From Eledone cirrhosa (taxonomy: Eukaryota), in the NCBI GenBank assembly GCA_964016885.1, contig OZ024742.1:270258001-270322000 (forward strand): a stretch of DNA of 64,000 bases, given 5' to 3'. A program made the position numbers and the translations under genes. Below the pieces are notes generated by a model. It was not told where the DNA came from. It saw nothing but the letters and a program-made list of their open reading frames with translations, and did no database searches. This document shows positions 13,118-26,659 of the stretch, piece by piece (the first letter of the stretch is position 1; each line of letters begins with the position of its first letter).

Positions 13118-13808
13118 TCCGTCACTCCTATGTGGAAAAAGTACGTTGAGTGCTTGAATTGAATTGCATCAATATTTACCCTAATAATATATATGTATAT
13201 ATATATATATATAAATTTGTACTTATGTATGTTTGTTTTGCAAGGCTTTTATTATGAAATCGTCTGTCAAAATAAATATTGTTATACGTGGGGAGGGTCC
13301 TATTGCTGTAATAATATTGTCCAACATAATAACAGAACACAATCACTGTTTGTTTGGGTTTCGCTTCTGTATCTTTTAAATCTCCATAGTTAATTGATTT
13401 GGCCATCAATATTTATCAACGGTCGAAGGTACTGATATAAATACATATATATATATAGTCTAACATAGTTCTTTCGTTGCACATCTGCAACATCGTCAGT
13501 AGTGTTATTATCATGTTTCCCCTGTTGTATTGTATGTATTGTAATGTCTACGCCATGTTTATTTTATCTATTTATTTATTTATTTATTTTTTATCTCCGG
13601 CTCTGAGCATGCGTTTGCGTGTGTGTATAGTGTTTAGTGTGTGTGTTCGCGTTTGGGTGACTGTGTTTTGTCTATTGTATTCTACCTTAGTTCATTAGTG
13701 TGTGTTTATATGTATTTGTTGTTATTGTGCTTGTGTATATATATATATTTATTTATTTATTTATATTTCTCTTAAATCAGTATTGTTTGCTTGGGTGTTG
13801 TTGTTTTT

Positions 13809-14177
13809 CTATTCATTTTTCCTGTCTAGCTTTGGCTTTCTAAGCTCCTCTATTTCGCTTGCTTCACTTATTTTCCTACCTGCTGGGTCATTACTATGTT
13901 TAGATATTATTTTAATTTCTATGTTGTCCATGTTACCGTGATGTTGTTGTCTGGCGTGTTCGTATAGTACTGAACCGTTTTTTTGTCCTTTTAATTCCCC
14001 CCATTGTTGGTTTATTATTTTGCCTATGCTTCGCGCTGTCTCACCTATGTATGTCGTTGTCATGTTTCTGCAAGTACCCATTCTACCTCTTATGTTATAG
14101 ACTACGTTTCTAGTTTTACAGTTTATCTGGGAGTTTACTTTATATATAACACATTTCTTATTAGTACAGTGTACCAA
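13809..14177 (-). pseudogene. GIY-YIG endonuclease 3' fragment of a second PLE lineage
   Basis: Motifs NCKTRNVVY, YIGETARS, SVLYEH..H, RKISEA..I..KPKL.RKNE. Confidence 0.85.
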
Positions 14178-14200
14178 TAAGAAAACCCACTGTATAACAA

Positions 14201-14259
<59 letters not shown>

Positions 14260-14261
<2 letters not shown>

Positions 14262-14780
14262 GCAAAAGTTCTATTTAAATTGTTGGGATACAACAAGTAA
14301 ATATTTTTATAACTGATATAAAGCACTCGATAAGTATCTGGAGTAGATATACGATATTAATAAATGGAAACTATATTTATAAAACCATATTTATTTCATT
14401 ATACATATTTCAAGGATACCAAATTAAATCATGGTATGAATGGTATATCTCTGTTGTTTTCCTCTGTTTTCTTTTTTTCTTTTGTCTTTCCTCTTTTTCT
14501 TTATTTATCTCTCCCTTTCTTTTCTCCACGTTTCTCTCTCTCCCTCCGTCTTTTTACTTATCCTTAACACTACGACTTACTAAAATAAACAAACCACTAT
14601 CCTGATGTCTTCCAAATGTAACGGTCGCATTTTGAAAGGGTACGTCAATGTTTATTTATAAAACTGGTATATATTGTATTTTGTCTGATGAAGGCATACC
14701 ATGATTTAACTTGGTATCCTTGAAATATGTATAATGAAATAAATATGGTTTTATAAATATAGTTTCCATTTATTAATATC

Positions 14781-14785
<5 letters not shown>
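14260..14785 (+). mobile_element. PLE 3'-terminal foldback element (HHR family D)
   Basis: 14348-14438 is inverted relative to 14695-14785. Homologous to 48628-48960 and 20410-20585. Confidence 0.8.
14677..14741 (+). ncRNA. Hammerhead ribozyme family D
   Basis: tattttgt-CTGATGA-aggcatacca...tggtatcctt-GAAA-tatgta-TA-atgaaata. Confidence 0.8.
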
Positions 14786-14822
<37 letters not shown>

Positions 14823-15107
14823 GTGGAATACTGGTGAGTAATATTTGCAGCAGTAGAACACGCATCTAATCGACGAGCGTTATATATGTAGTTGCGCAAA
14901 CAGTTAATACACCATTTTCGAGGACATTTTATCTTACCTCAAACGGATTATCATCTCGGTTTAAATGAAATAATACGGAAAAGGAAGACGATGTCACATT
15001 TAATAATGCTAAGAAGATATTCTCAAAGGGGTAGCAGCATATGTTTGATCGATGCGTAGGAGACTAATGCGAAAGACGCGAATACGAAATATCAGGAAAC
15101 AATATAT

Positions 15108-15108
<1 letters not shown>

Positions 15109-15190
<82 letters not shown>

Positions 15191-15199
15191 CCTCTCTCC

Positions 15200-15233
<34 letters not shown>

Positions 15234-15353
15234 CTATCTATCGAATCTCTCTCGCTCTCTCTTTATCTCTCTCTTTATCTGTATCTCCCCCTCTATCTCT
15301 CTCTTTCGCTCTCTCTCTATGTATATCTCTCTCTCTCTATATATATATATCTA

Positions 15354-15384
<31 letters not shown>

Positions 15385-15400
15385 ATCACTCTCTCTATCT
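15109..15400. repeat. (CT)n/(CTAT)n microsatellite
   Basis: Seen directly. Confidence 0.95.
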
Positions 15401-16712
15401 GTTGTTTTCAGAGATGGAAGAGATTTGGCCCCAGCGGTAACAAGTGAAGTTTACTCAATATATACTAGATAATATAGTATTTATTTAAATTAAATTCTCC
15501 TCCCCTAACAGTCTACTGTCAAAACACTGAAAACTTCATGCGCGAACAATCTAAGTTCTGTATACGAACTGCTATTATGAAGCATGTAGAGAGATATTTA
15601 TTTCTCTTTTTCTAATGTTTTTTCTAGTCTTTTATTTAAGTTGGTTAGCGTTGTTTCATATGCCAATTCGCTGATTACTCCTTGTTTATTTTATGTTCAC
15701 TTTGCTACTGTTTATTTTGTCATCACTTTTTTCTAAACCTAACCTAATTCAGTAATAGTAAATTGTCTTCTCTTATATTAAGTTGAAGAATCCTGTTTTG
15801 CTAAAATTATTTTTCTCTTCTTTTCCTAATTCGTTCCGCATTTGGTTTTTATTTCGGCATTCATTCGAGGTGTAATTAAAAGTGACCTTTCTAAGCCATA
15901 TTCTCTTAAAATATATCTGAAGTTAACAAACATAATTTTGGACTATGCCGGTTTAAAGAATTTTCCTTTCATATATGATATCCCGAAAATATGTCCCCCG
16001 CGTGTCAGTAGGTTTTGTCTAATTAATCAGATATTTACGGTGTTAGCAATTCAAATGAAAATGTTGTAATTAAAATTTTGAAATGACATCTACGTGGTAT
16101 CATCTATTTTCATCTATCGTGAACGCGCATTGATTGCAGATATACTGGAAATATGTCTACCAGATGTGATCTGATTATTATTGCTCAATTTATTGACATT
16201 ATTTTACAATAAGTTTGACATGTACATGGAAATTTGTGCAATATGTATATATCATTTGTGCATATGGATATTAGATCTCATTATGGTATTGATTTGATCG
16301 TTAGGTGTATGAAACATTCTAGATAATGTTCATACAATTTCCACGTAACGATGCTTCAACTTACAGTTGTGCATATTTGTTACCATAGTACATTTAGTGG
16401 CATTTCCATTTTGATTTATTGTGCAGGTGTAACATATTTTGTTATACTCTTATTAAATAGATTAATTATTGCCATTATAATGCATTTCCAATTACATCGA
16501 AAGTACCCTCTAGATGCTGCACTTACGGATGAAGGAGCACATGATGATGGCAGCTCGTTCTCTCAAAAAACCTCTAGATAAATGCCGCAGCCTAGACATT
16601 TAGGTCCCCACAAATGAGACGAAAATGATTGTTGGAAACTTAAATCAGTTAGGGAAGAAAACATCAATCGTCCATTTTTGTTATTTTTTTGAGTTTTTGA
16701 TTTTATATTCGG

Positions 16713-16749
<37 letters not shown>

Positions 16750-16757
<8 letters not shown>

Positions 16758-16881
16758 GACAGGGGGGAAGAAAAAATGGCTTCGCTTGTGCTTTCAACAA
16801 ATTTATTTTCTTCACGTGAAGAAAATAAATTTGTTGAAAGCACAAGTGAAGCCATTTTTTCTTCCCCCCTGTCTTAATATA
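16750..16881. repeat. Spacerless palindrome of about 130 bp
   Basis: Centre ttcac|gtgaa at 16815/16816. One mismatch seen. Confidence 0.95.
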
Positions 16882-17067
16882 CCTAACTGTACCATGGATT
16901 ACACACATTTTCCAATATATATATATATATCTATATATATATACAAAATTAAGATAAATCAAATGAATTTAATCTAAATCAAAATTATGGGTGTCATGCC
17001 AGAAAGACATGCGCCATATTATCCGCAAAATAAGCTCTAAGATTCTAACGAGTAGGTCCGAGCATTT

Positions 17068-17359
17068 TATAATAACGAGAAATTGATTAACATATAAATA
17101 AACATGAATAATCATAGGAGATAATGTTTACAAGTGTCTAACCACACATAGCTAGGTAGGTAACTGAATAAAGTTGACCAGAACTTCAAAAATAGATACC
17201 TTATAATATGATTAATCATATTATATGGTATCTATTTTTGAAGTTCTGGTCAACTGTATTTAGTTACCTACCTAGCTATGTGTGGTTACACACTTGTAAA
17301 AATTATCTCTTCTGATTATTTATGCTTATTTATATGTTAATCAATTTCTAGTTATTATA
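17068..17359. repeat. Spacerless imperfect palindrome of about 290 bp
   Basis: Centre tatgatt|aatcata at 17213/17214. Arms pair with scattered mismatches. Confidence 0.92.
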
Positions 17360-17526
17360 TATATATATATATATATATAAATAAGAAAAATGGAGTGCTG
17401 CGTGGTTGCACATGGTTTACATATGAATAACATTAGTCCTTCATCAGTGATCTTCCAACCTTCATTGGTATTTCATCGCTTTAAAAATCATATACCTCTG
17501 GTTGGTGCGAGCAATAACTAAATAAA

Positions 17527-17787
17527 GTTATTGGGACAATTAAAATAGCGTGAAGCGAGCGAGACATGTAACCAAACAAAGATGGTATTGCAACGGAAAT
17601 ATAGGAAGAGACAAGTACATGATATATATAAGCTTAAGCTTGGTGAAATCATGGACGAGAGATACAGGCCATCGAACATGGGTGGGATGTGAGTGAGAAA
17701 AGGATTCCCTATCTTTCCATTGCAATACTATCATTGTTTGTTTACATGTCTCGCTCGCTTCACGCTATTTTACTTGTCCTAATAACT
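17527..17787. mobile_element. MITE-like or foldback element with about 80-bp inverted arms
   Basis: 17527-17607 pairs with 17705-17787. Confidence 0.7.
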
Positions 17788-17844
17788 CCTGTTTATAGTT
17801 GTATGTAGTGTATATATAACTATAAATAATATTATTATTATTAC

Positions 17845-17926
<82 letters not shown>

Positions 17927-19074
17927 ATATATATAAATATATATTGAAATAACAGATTAACGTTTAAGCAAGAATCGTTACTTACACCCTTAACGGGATC
18001 TTCTGAAACTAACAAAGTCAATCTGTGAACGCAGAAGTGAATATTTCAAATTAGCTAAGATGTTTCTCTCCCTTATAACGAAGCATTTCCCCCTACACAT
18101 AAATATATTAACATTTTTTATAGAAATACTATTAAAATGTCTTACTCTACGACTCCTAACCTTGCACATCACATCACAGCTTCAAATTTAGCTAAACTAC
18201 CTAGCCGTAGGAACACGTGAAAGCCTGTATTTAGTACTAAGTGTAATAGTAGGAATCGGGGTGTCTGCTCCCTATCCTGGAAATGCCTCTCTAGTAACAC
18301 TGTCTACAAATGTAAGATTGAAACACCCACGTCCCGTAGGGCTACATAGAATTAACCGCCAATAGAGTCAAGCAGCGTATTTACATTCAAACCCATTTAT
18401 TTCCATACCCTTTAAGAAGGAATATGATGTCCCTTCCAGCTTATATCTGGAGACTAAAAGACAACCACACCCAATATAAGTTAGACTGGGCGATTCTAGC
18501 TAGGCTAGATCATATAACGGAAATAAAAGACCGTGTGACCTCTGCGCCGCTGAGGCCCTGGAAATACTCTATGCCAAAGACAACATCTTAAACAAAAAAT
18601 CTGATGCAATTTCGGTTTGTAAACATGAATTGCACAAAACTTTCCTGTATTACAGCCCCACGTTATACCCAAAAGGATAGTATGAACTATGCGCGGATAT
18701 TTTACGTCTTGATGGGGTAGCTAGGTATATGTTATGTTTATACCATTACTTATTTGAATAGCTAAGTATATATTACCTGTATGTTTGTGAAGGTACGTAT
18801 ACTTTCTCGTGCGTATATTTGATTGTATATGTTATCGCGTATATATATTATATATTCTGGTAAATATGCTTTGGTTATGTGTATACTGGAGTTTTGCGTC
18901 TCTGTGTGTATGCCGGTTCGTACGTATGTAAGGTGTGTGTATATGTGTACTTTGTGTTTTGGTTGACGTGCGTCTCCGAACATATGAATATTTACATGTA
19001 GGTATGTGTGCGCGCTTGTTATATACGCATTTATTTATTTATATACGTTTAGTCAGTTATATGTATACACGCAA

Positions 19075-19280
<206 letters not shown>

Positions 19281-19457
19281 GAATACAATATAGGAGAAAG
19301 CTTTTTAGCGATACTCCGGCCAAATTCCAACTCACTCAACAAACATTAGGAAATAAGTGATTATATTCCCAATTATGCGTTCGCGGTGCTACCTAAAAGT
19401 ATTACGTGGAACATTGGCTGTATTATTTCATATGATACATATCGAATATATCTCTTT

Positions 19458-19582
19458 CCAGACGGACGTCTCGTTTCATTATAGGATTCCTACAATTTGG
19501 GTTAACTTATATTAATTTATGTAGGTGCTTGTATACCATCAATAGATATATATTCAAGTGGGCTCCTATAATTCATCAGTGG
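19458..19582 (-). ncRNA. Hammerhead ribozyme family F with a large stem II insertion
   Basis: Minus strand: cca-CTGATGA-attatagga[~75 nt]tcctataat-GAAA-cg agacgtc cg-TC-tgg, giving a GUC site. Confidence 0.75.
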
Positions 19583-20157
19583 GTGCCTCAATAATACTAA
19601 TATTGATAATCTGACCAACGTCAGTATTTAGCGATAATCATCACCTGTACCTGAGGTATCTGTCAGTTTGCCAGTCCAGCACTTCTAAAGAAATGCTCAA
19701 ACTGATTCAAAAATGAGGAAGTAAATTACCGCAAAATAAAATACATGCGCATGACAATGAAATCTAAAAGGAATTCAGGCCACGTGCTGAGAACTCAATT
19801 GGAAATTGAAAAAATATCTATGTGTATACAACATTTGATGACACAAACAGATATTTTCTCGGGCAAAATAACAGAATGAGATATAAGGAACAATCAATAT
19901 TCATATATAAAAAATAAACAAAGAAATTCTAACATTATACCGGGAAAATTTCAAATCTGCTGCACCAAGAGTAAATAAATAAATACAATATCGGAGAAAG
20001 CTTTTTAGCGATACTCCGGCCAAATTCCAACTCACTCAACAAACATTAGGAAATAAGTGATTATATTCCCAATTATGCGTTCGGGGTGCTAACTAAAAGT
20101 ATTGCGTGGAAAATTGGCTGTATTATTTCATATGAGACATATCGAATATATCTCTTT

Positions 20158-20281
20158 CCAGGCGGACGTCTCGTTTCATTATAGGATTCCACAATTTGGG
20201 TTAAATTAAACCAATTTATGTAGGAGCTTGTATACCATCAATAGACATATATTCAAGTGGGCTCCTATAATTCGTCAGTGG
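20158..20281 (-). ncRNA. Hammerhead ribozyme family F, copy 2 (cleavage triplet GCC)
   Basis: Core CTGACGA with the same stems. U16.1 is changed to C, so it is probably inactive. Confidence 0.6.
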
Positions 20282-20286
20282 GTGCC

Positions 20287-20407
<121 letters not shown>

Positions 20408-20579
20408 CAATATATTAACAAATGGAAAGTATATTTATAAAACCATATTTATTTCATTATACATATTTCAAGGGCCACAAAAGCAAACTATGGTGCGCTT
20501 TAATCAGATAAAGTTGAGTGCTTTATATTAGTAATACAAATATTTTGCTTGTTGTATCCCAAAAATTAAATATAACATC

Positions 20580-20638
<59 letters not shown>

Positions 20639-21119
20639 TTATATATATTTGTATGTGTATTTGTTGTATTCACTCGTATTCCTGTGGGTACAGGCGTTGC
20701 GTGGGTTCTGTATGTGGGTGCGGTTTTTTTTGTTTGTGTACGTGCGTGTATTTGATAACCTATGGCGAGTGTTTTCGCGTATGCTTGTGCATGTACGTAT
20801 ATGGGTGCGTGTATGTATTTATTTAATTTCTATTACCTCTGTCTTTTATTTACTTTATTCTTAACTCTGAAGCCGAGAATCATTCGGTTTCCTAGTTAGA
20901 ATTTTAGTCTACGACTTCAGTTATACCATTTACGTGGTTTTGTCTTTGCGTGAAATTGTTCTCCACGCTCCATATATGACGTATTATCTTCGTTATTTCC
21001 GTTCATTGCCAAAGAACGTCTCTATGAACCACCTAATTGAATATTAGTCTACGACCTCTTTTATATCGTAAACGTGGTTTTGTTTTTGCGTCTAATTTGT
21101 TTTCACCGCTCCAAATAAT

Positions 21120-21240
21120 TGTTTCTACTTTAGGCACAAGGCCAGCAATTACCCAGTGCATTAGTGGTACTTTATTTTATCGACCCCGTAAGGTTGAAAG
21201 GCAAAGTCAACCTCGGCGGGATTTGAACTCAGATCGTAAA
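21120..21240 (-). mobile_element. 5'-truncated tRNA-SINE with an 18-bp TSD
   Basis: Same family as 10875-11061. TSD ttcaccgctccaaataat at 21102-21119 and 21241-21258. The empty site is visible in the paralog near 47207. Confidence 0.9.
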
Positions 21241-21533
21241 TTCACCGCTCCAAATAATGACGTATTATATTCGTTTTTTCCCGTTCTTTGCCAGGGAACG
21301 TTTCCACGAACCAAAGTATCGTCTTCCTGTCTTCCTCCGGTTGCAACGTTTTTTGAAATATTCACGTCTGCGTTCACAGATTGACTTTGTTAGTTTTAGA
21401 AGATCCCGTTAAGGGTGAAAGAAGCGATTCTTTGCTTAAATTTTAATCTATTATAAATATTTGCTCTACGGTTCTTATATATTTGATATATATTTATCCT
21501 TATCGAGCCCTCTTTAGATTTTAGTCTTCAAAT

Positions 21534-21577
<44 letters not shown>

Positions 21578-21578
21578 T

Positions 21579-21619
<41 letters not shown>

Positions 21620-21620
<1 letters not shown>

Positions 21621-23180
21621 CATCACAGAAAAAAAGAGAAAAAGTGTTGCGACAAATGGAATTTATTGGACATATTACCATCGTTTCTCTGGCGACCAGC
21701 TCGAGGCATGATCGATGTAATTATCGAAAATGACTCTGAAAATCGAAAGGTCCTCAGATACGTCTTGATTCTACTGAGCAGATTTTCCTTTGTTCCTATG
21801 CTCAAATCGAGAGTGCATACTTGATGAATACCCTCCCATCCGTACACACACGCTTAGCTGAGCACATGGTGCACATAGTTTCATATGGGACAACGTTTTT
21901 GAGGCTTGGACCCAACTCGATTATGTGGCGAAATAAGCCCGAAAGTGCATGCACAATATGCATAACTGTTATAGTTGCATAGTATCCTTGCGTTAATTAC
22001 ATATAACTTGGGTGGTACATATATATAATAAATGTTTTAAATCCCAAATGTTTAAATTTCCAATCTTTGATTTTCGATCTTCGATTCGTGGTGTTTAATT
22101 TGCTGCTTAGATGCCGGACCTGATGCTGGTCTTAAGATTAATGTCGCAGTTAATTTTATCTTTGCCTGCCGTTAATATACACACGCCTACAACAGAAGCC
22201 TCAAGAACGTTGTCCCATATAATACTATGTGCACCATGTGCACAGCTGCGAGTGGGAGGGTATTCATCAAGCATGCGCCCTCGATATGAGCATACATGTA
22301 TGTGCGTCCACGCAAATATGCATGCGCACGTATATGCACATGTCTGGGCGGATGTAATTGTATGAACATGTCTGTGTGAGGGTATGAACGCCTATGTGTA
22401 TATCCTTTTTTTTTCATCTGTGTATATATGTGCAGCGTCTCAAATGTACACGCTTCTCTGAGTAAAGTGTGTGAGTGTAGCTATGTGTATTTATCATAAA
22501 TGCCTTCGAAATAACTTTTCTTTGAAAGGCTGTTCCAAGGATTCATTTAAAATTGTTCTTTGTACAGATTGTTTTTGTTTTTTTTTAAATATGTATGTTT
22601 TAAGCTATTCAGAGGCTGTGTTCTTGAAAGGTTATGCTAAATATTTTTCTAATATTTTTCTTATATTTTTCTAATTTGATTTAAAAATTCCCTCCAAGCA
22701 TTATTTACGGCGATCGTCGCATACAATACAGTTGCGAGTGTGTACGCAAACGGTGTAGAAGAGGGCGCCTAAAGACAGTGAAGACGTCGAAGTGCCGCCA
22801 GCAGTTCAAGCATACAACCCCTCACCTACTACAGTAATATTTCCGACCTAAGAAACAAATTTGATTGACAGGCGGAGATGAAAAGAACCAAATAGTGGAC
22901 AGCCATGAGTGGCTAGAAATACCGATGACGTGTACAATTCTTGACCACTCATAGAATGACAACAATAGTATCTAAGGCGACAGGCGAAGTATATCGATGT
23001 GAAAGGACATAAGAAAATCTGCTTCGTAGAATCAAGACGTATCTGAGGACCTTACGATTTTCAGTGTCAGGTTCGATCATCACATCCATCGTGCCTCGAG
23101 CTGATCGCCAGAGAAACGATTGTAATATGTCCAATAAATTCCATTCGTCGCAACACTGATTCTCTTTTTTTCTATGATAT
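21620..23180 (+). mobile_element. Non-coding foldback element with HHR-like termini (family I)
   Basis: 21620-21797 is inverted relative to 23003-23180. There is an internal inversion 21813-21907 vs 22196-22278. Confidence 0.75.
23036..23131 (+). ncRNA. Hammerhead-like motif family I (inverted copy at 21669-21764)
   Basis: gacgtat-CTGAGGA-[63 nt, poor basal pairing]-GAAA-cgattg-TA-atatgtc. Confidence 0.55.
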
Positions 23181-23257
23181 CATACTTTGGTCTATGAGAG
23201 CATCGAGTGCTCATACGGCCTACGGCATACGGACGCTTTAAGCATCCAACACCAATT

Positions 23258-23312
<55 letters not shown>

Positions 23313-23559
23313 TATATTTGTGTGTGTGTGTGTGTTTGTGTTTATGTGTGTGTGTGTGTGTGTGTAACTTTGATAACTTTGATATATGTATATATATATA
23401 TAAACATAATTTGTTTTCGCTCTAACCTTGTGTATACGAATACATACACACACACACACACACACCCACAGACATACACATACACCCAAACACATATATG
23501 TATATATATATTTATACGTATGTACGCTCATTCATATATGAATACATATATATATATAT

Positions 23560-23686
23560 ACATACATACATACATACACACATACATTTATACATACATA
23601 CATACATACATACATACATACATACATACATACATACATACATACATACATGCATACATACATACATACATACATACATACATACA

Positions 23687-23716
<30 letters not shown>
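23560..23716. repeat. (CATA)n microsatellite
   Basis: Seen directly. Confidence 0.95.
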
Positions 23717-23717
<1 letters not shown>

Positions 23718-24220
23718 GATTAATTCATTCGAGTCCCAGTCTGTACCGCTGAAAAATTGGCCATCTACCCAATCAGCCGGCGTCAACGTATTATTTATTA
23801 AGGCGTTTTGCAGCTGATAGCAGAAATTATACAGTTCTAAACCAAATTACTTACGATATTTATGTACACATCTATAGATGCTCATTGCACCAGTCTCCTA
23901 TGTGTTCATTCTCAGTAACAATTCAGGGAAGGGAATGCAAGTATCAGTCTCGCACCTCCAGCACATTGGAGTCGTATTAACACCTTTTCGAAAACAGTGT
24001 AACCTGTAATAAGTAAAAATCGGCTATTATAGATCCAGCTCGTATTTTGTTAAATATACAGTTCGAATATTGGCCGAGATAACAGCCAGGATTGTTTGTA
24101 GGATAAATATCTGCGTCATATAGTTTAAAACTATCATATTGGAATGTAATTTTTAGAATACTAAACTACTTATGAAGAAATAAATTTATTGTCATCGCCT
24201 TTGAGGAATATATTATGAGG

Positions 24221-24294
24221 CATATATGTAAGACATATATGTAAGACATATATGTAAGACATATATGTAAGACATATATGTAAGACATATATGT
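24221..24294. repeat. 13-bp minisatellite (CATATATGTAAGA), about 5.7 copies
   Basis: Seen directly. Confidence 0.95.
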
Positions 24295-25134
24295 TATACA
24301 TTTTGAAAATCACTAGCAATTCAAGATTTCGTACCCAGAGAGAAAGTAAATTTATCATTGGAATCTATTTACACTGTAATATGTTTGTTTCTTTGTTACG
24401 TTCGAGTCATTGATAGGGAATCAGGATTAGAAGCATTCCATCGAAAAATTCCCCAGACATTTCTGTTGTTCCAAAACAGAATAAATATAATACGGTAGGG
24501 ACGTTCAAATGTGTACATTGTGAGACACTTGTTAATTATGAGTGTCTTCCAATGATTTTATAACAGTAACTGAGTAGCACTGCAAAAAATATGTTTAGGT
24601 GCTTTATGTTGGAATATTAGTAATGATTCACATGTGAAGGTTATAGACATTAGAAGTACAGTTTTTAAATGTGGAAAGAGTTAATTGATAAATATTTGTC
24701 ATAGAAAAGATGTGTCTGATAGGGTATGAGCAGTATGTGTGTTCGGGTAAGGAGATAACCCAAACAAATTGACATTTGAATTTCCTTTCTGTCAGTATTT
24801 TTTTACGAAATGACTTTAAGGATCTACGATACCCCAAAACACTGCTGCGTGGAATTATGTCTAGCCGTAGCGATGTCAATCTCTCTCTCTCTCTTTCTCT
24901 CCCCTTCCCCCCATCTTATACCCCCACCCCCTATATATACATATATGTATATAACTTTGATAGATTTTGGCCAGTATTGACCCAGGCCATGGCTAACTTA
25001 ATAGCACCGTCTGGAAATCAGGATGGAATCAGTTTGAAACTGGTTAGACCATTAATCAATAGAGTATTCCATACCTAGGGTAGCCTTAGGTAGCAGAGAA
25101 TTCCCGACCACTTTACACTATACGTATGTGTATG

Positions 25135-25169
<35 letters not shown>

Positions 25170-26527
25170 TGGAAATGAATGTGCGTATGTGTGTGTTTGT
25201 GTGTGTGTGTGTGATAACCCATAGTCTGTTCTATTAATAAGTTACTATTTCTATTGTTGCCTTGTGTGAAAGCATATATCATATTCAAATAATACAATGT
25301 ATTGGCTCGTGTGTAAATTTGTTAGTTATGATAACCTTATAACAATAGTTTATACGCAAGGTAAGATTTGGTCATATGAGCGTATTTCCCCGTAAAAAGC
25401 AAACATTCATCAATTATAGATACAGAAGAACTCAAGAAGGTTGGTATGAAAAAAAAAATAGCAAATACATTTCCTTCAATTCACACTGGGCATCCAATTA
25501 CCAGAAGCAAATGTGCATCACACAACATAGTGCTACTTTCAGACACATATGTGTGGGAAAAACTATGATGATCGCAGCTACAATATATGTGATAATAAGT
25601 ATAATCGACCACGGCTGAGACGTGGTTAAAAATAACAACAATCATATTTCATTACAATATATATTCTATTCTATGTCTGCATACAGAGTGTCAACATAAT
25701 TGAATAAAATATTATGAGCCTGAACTGTGTTGTCGATATTCCCAATCCAATACAAGGGTCTTCTCACTTCCGTTGCAGAAACCCATGCTTGGTTGACCTG
25801 CATCGCTCTCGGTTTCTTGTTGGTCATGTCATGGGTGATGCCCTTTGCAGCATGCTTGGCCAATTAAGCGTTCGATACGATATATAGACAATAGTTGCTA
25901 TGGATGGCTGTTGATACCGAGGAGTTCAGCTCTTCTGTTTTGTGCAGTTAGTGTTCTACTTACCCTCCTCAACAGAACAGTAGGGGAGCCGGTTTATTCG
26001 TCGACCACTCGAGCATGAAACATTTTGAACTGGGTTACATTAGACCAGTAACAAGTAGAAATCTCATCTGGCCTTTTATATGCCCTTGTGTTTGCTGCCA
26101 TATCTCTGAAGGGATCCAAAACATCCAATATTGTAATCATCAATCCTTATAATCCATGGCTTTCCCACCAGGATGTGATTCTACATATATCGCTATATGC
26201 AACAATATTTCAACATTGATGCATACAAAACGTTTACTTTTTTCCCCTTTTCTTCCCTTAATCTTTCCTTTCTAGTTCATATGATTATTGAATGAAATTA
26301 TTTCCGCCCATTTATTTAGCTCGACTTGTTTAGCCCATTTAGTTTAGCTAGAGTTATTTTATGTATTCTCAGGCACTTTGCATCTGCTCCTTCCTCGCAA
26401 GCTATCTCATTTTATTGGCTTCATATGTCAATCGCTTCATTGAAGTTTTGGAATCTCTTCAACGTTCTTTTCAATGCCTCCTTCACATTCCTTTGTGTTT
26501 TGCTTATATTCCTTGGCGTTAGTTTTA

Positions 26528-26567
26528 CTACTACTACTGCTACTACTACTACTACTACTACTACTAT

Positions 26568-26599
<32 letters not shown>

Positions 26600-26657
26600 A
26601 TGCTACTACTACAGCTACTACTACTACTACTACTGCTAATAATAATAATAATAATAA
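26528..26657. repeat. (TAC)/(TGC)/(TAA) trinucleotide tract at a LINE 3' end
   Basis: Seen directly. Confidence 0.9.
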
Positions 26658-26659
26658 TG

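Larger units (their letters stand above)
11580..13188 (-). mobile_element. Non-coding element with two 182-bp direct repeats each carrying an HHR (retrozyme-like, family C)
   Basis: 11580-11761 matches 12850-13031 (offset 1270). 13115-13188 is inverted relative to 12770-12843. No credible ORF. Flanked by (TA)n. Confidence 0.8.

Noticed and set aside
17400-17452. Minus-strand CTGATGA as a hammerhead core
   Set aside because: No convincing GAAA, stem II or stem I could be paired.
24221-24294. Regular short repeats resembling a CRISPR array
   Set aside because: No spacers, eukaryotic context and no cas genes. It is a plain minisatellite.
25005-25050. gtctggaaa...gaaactggttagac as a decayed hammerhead
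   Set aside because: The core is too degenerate and stem II is unsupported.
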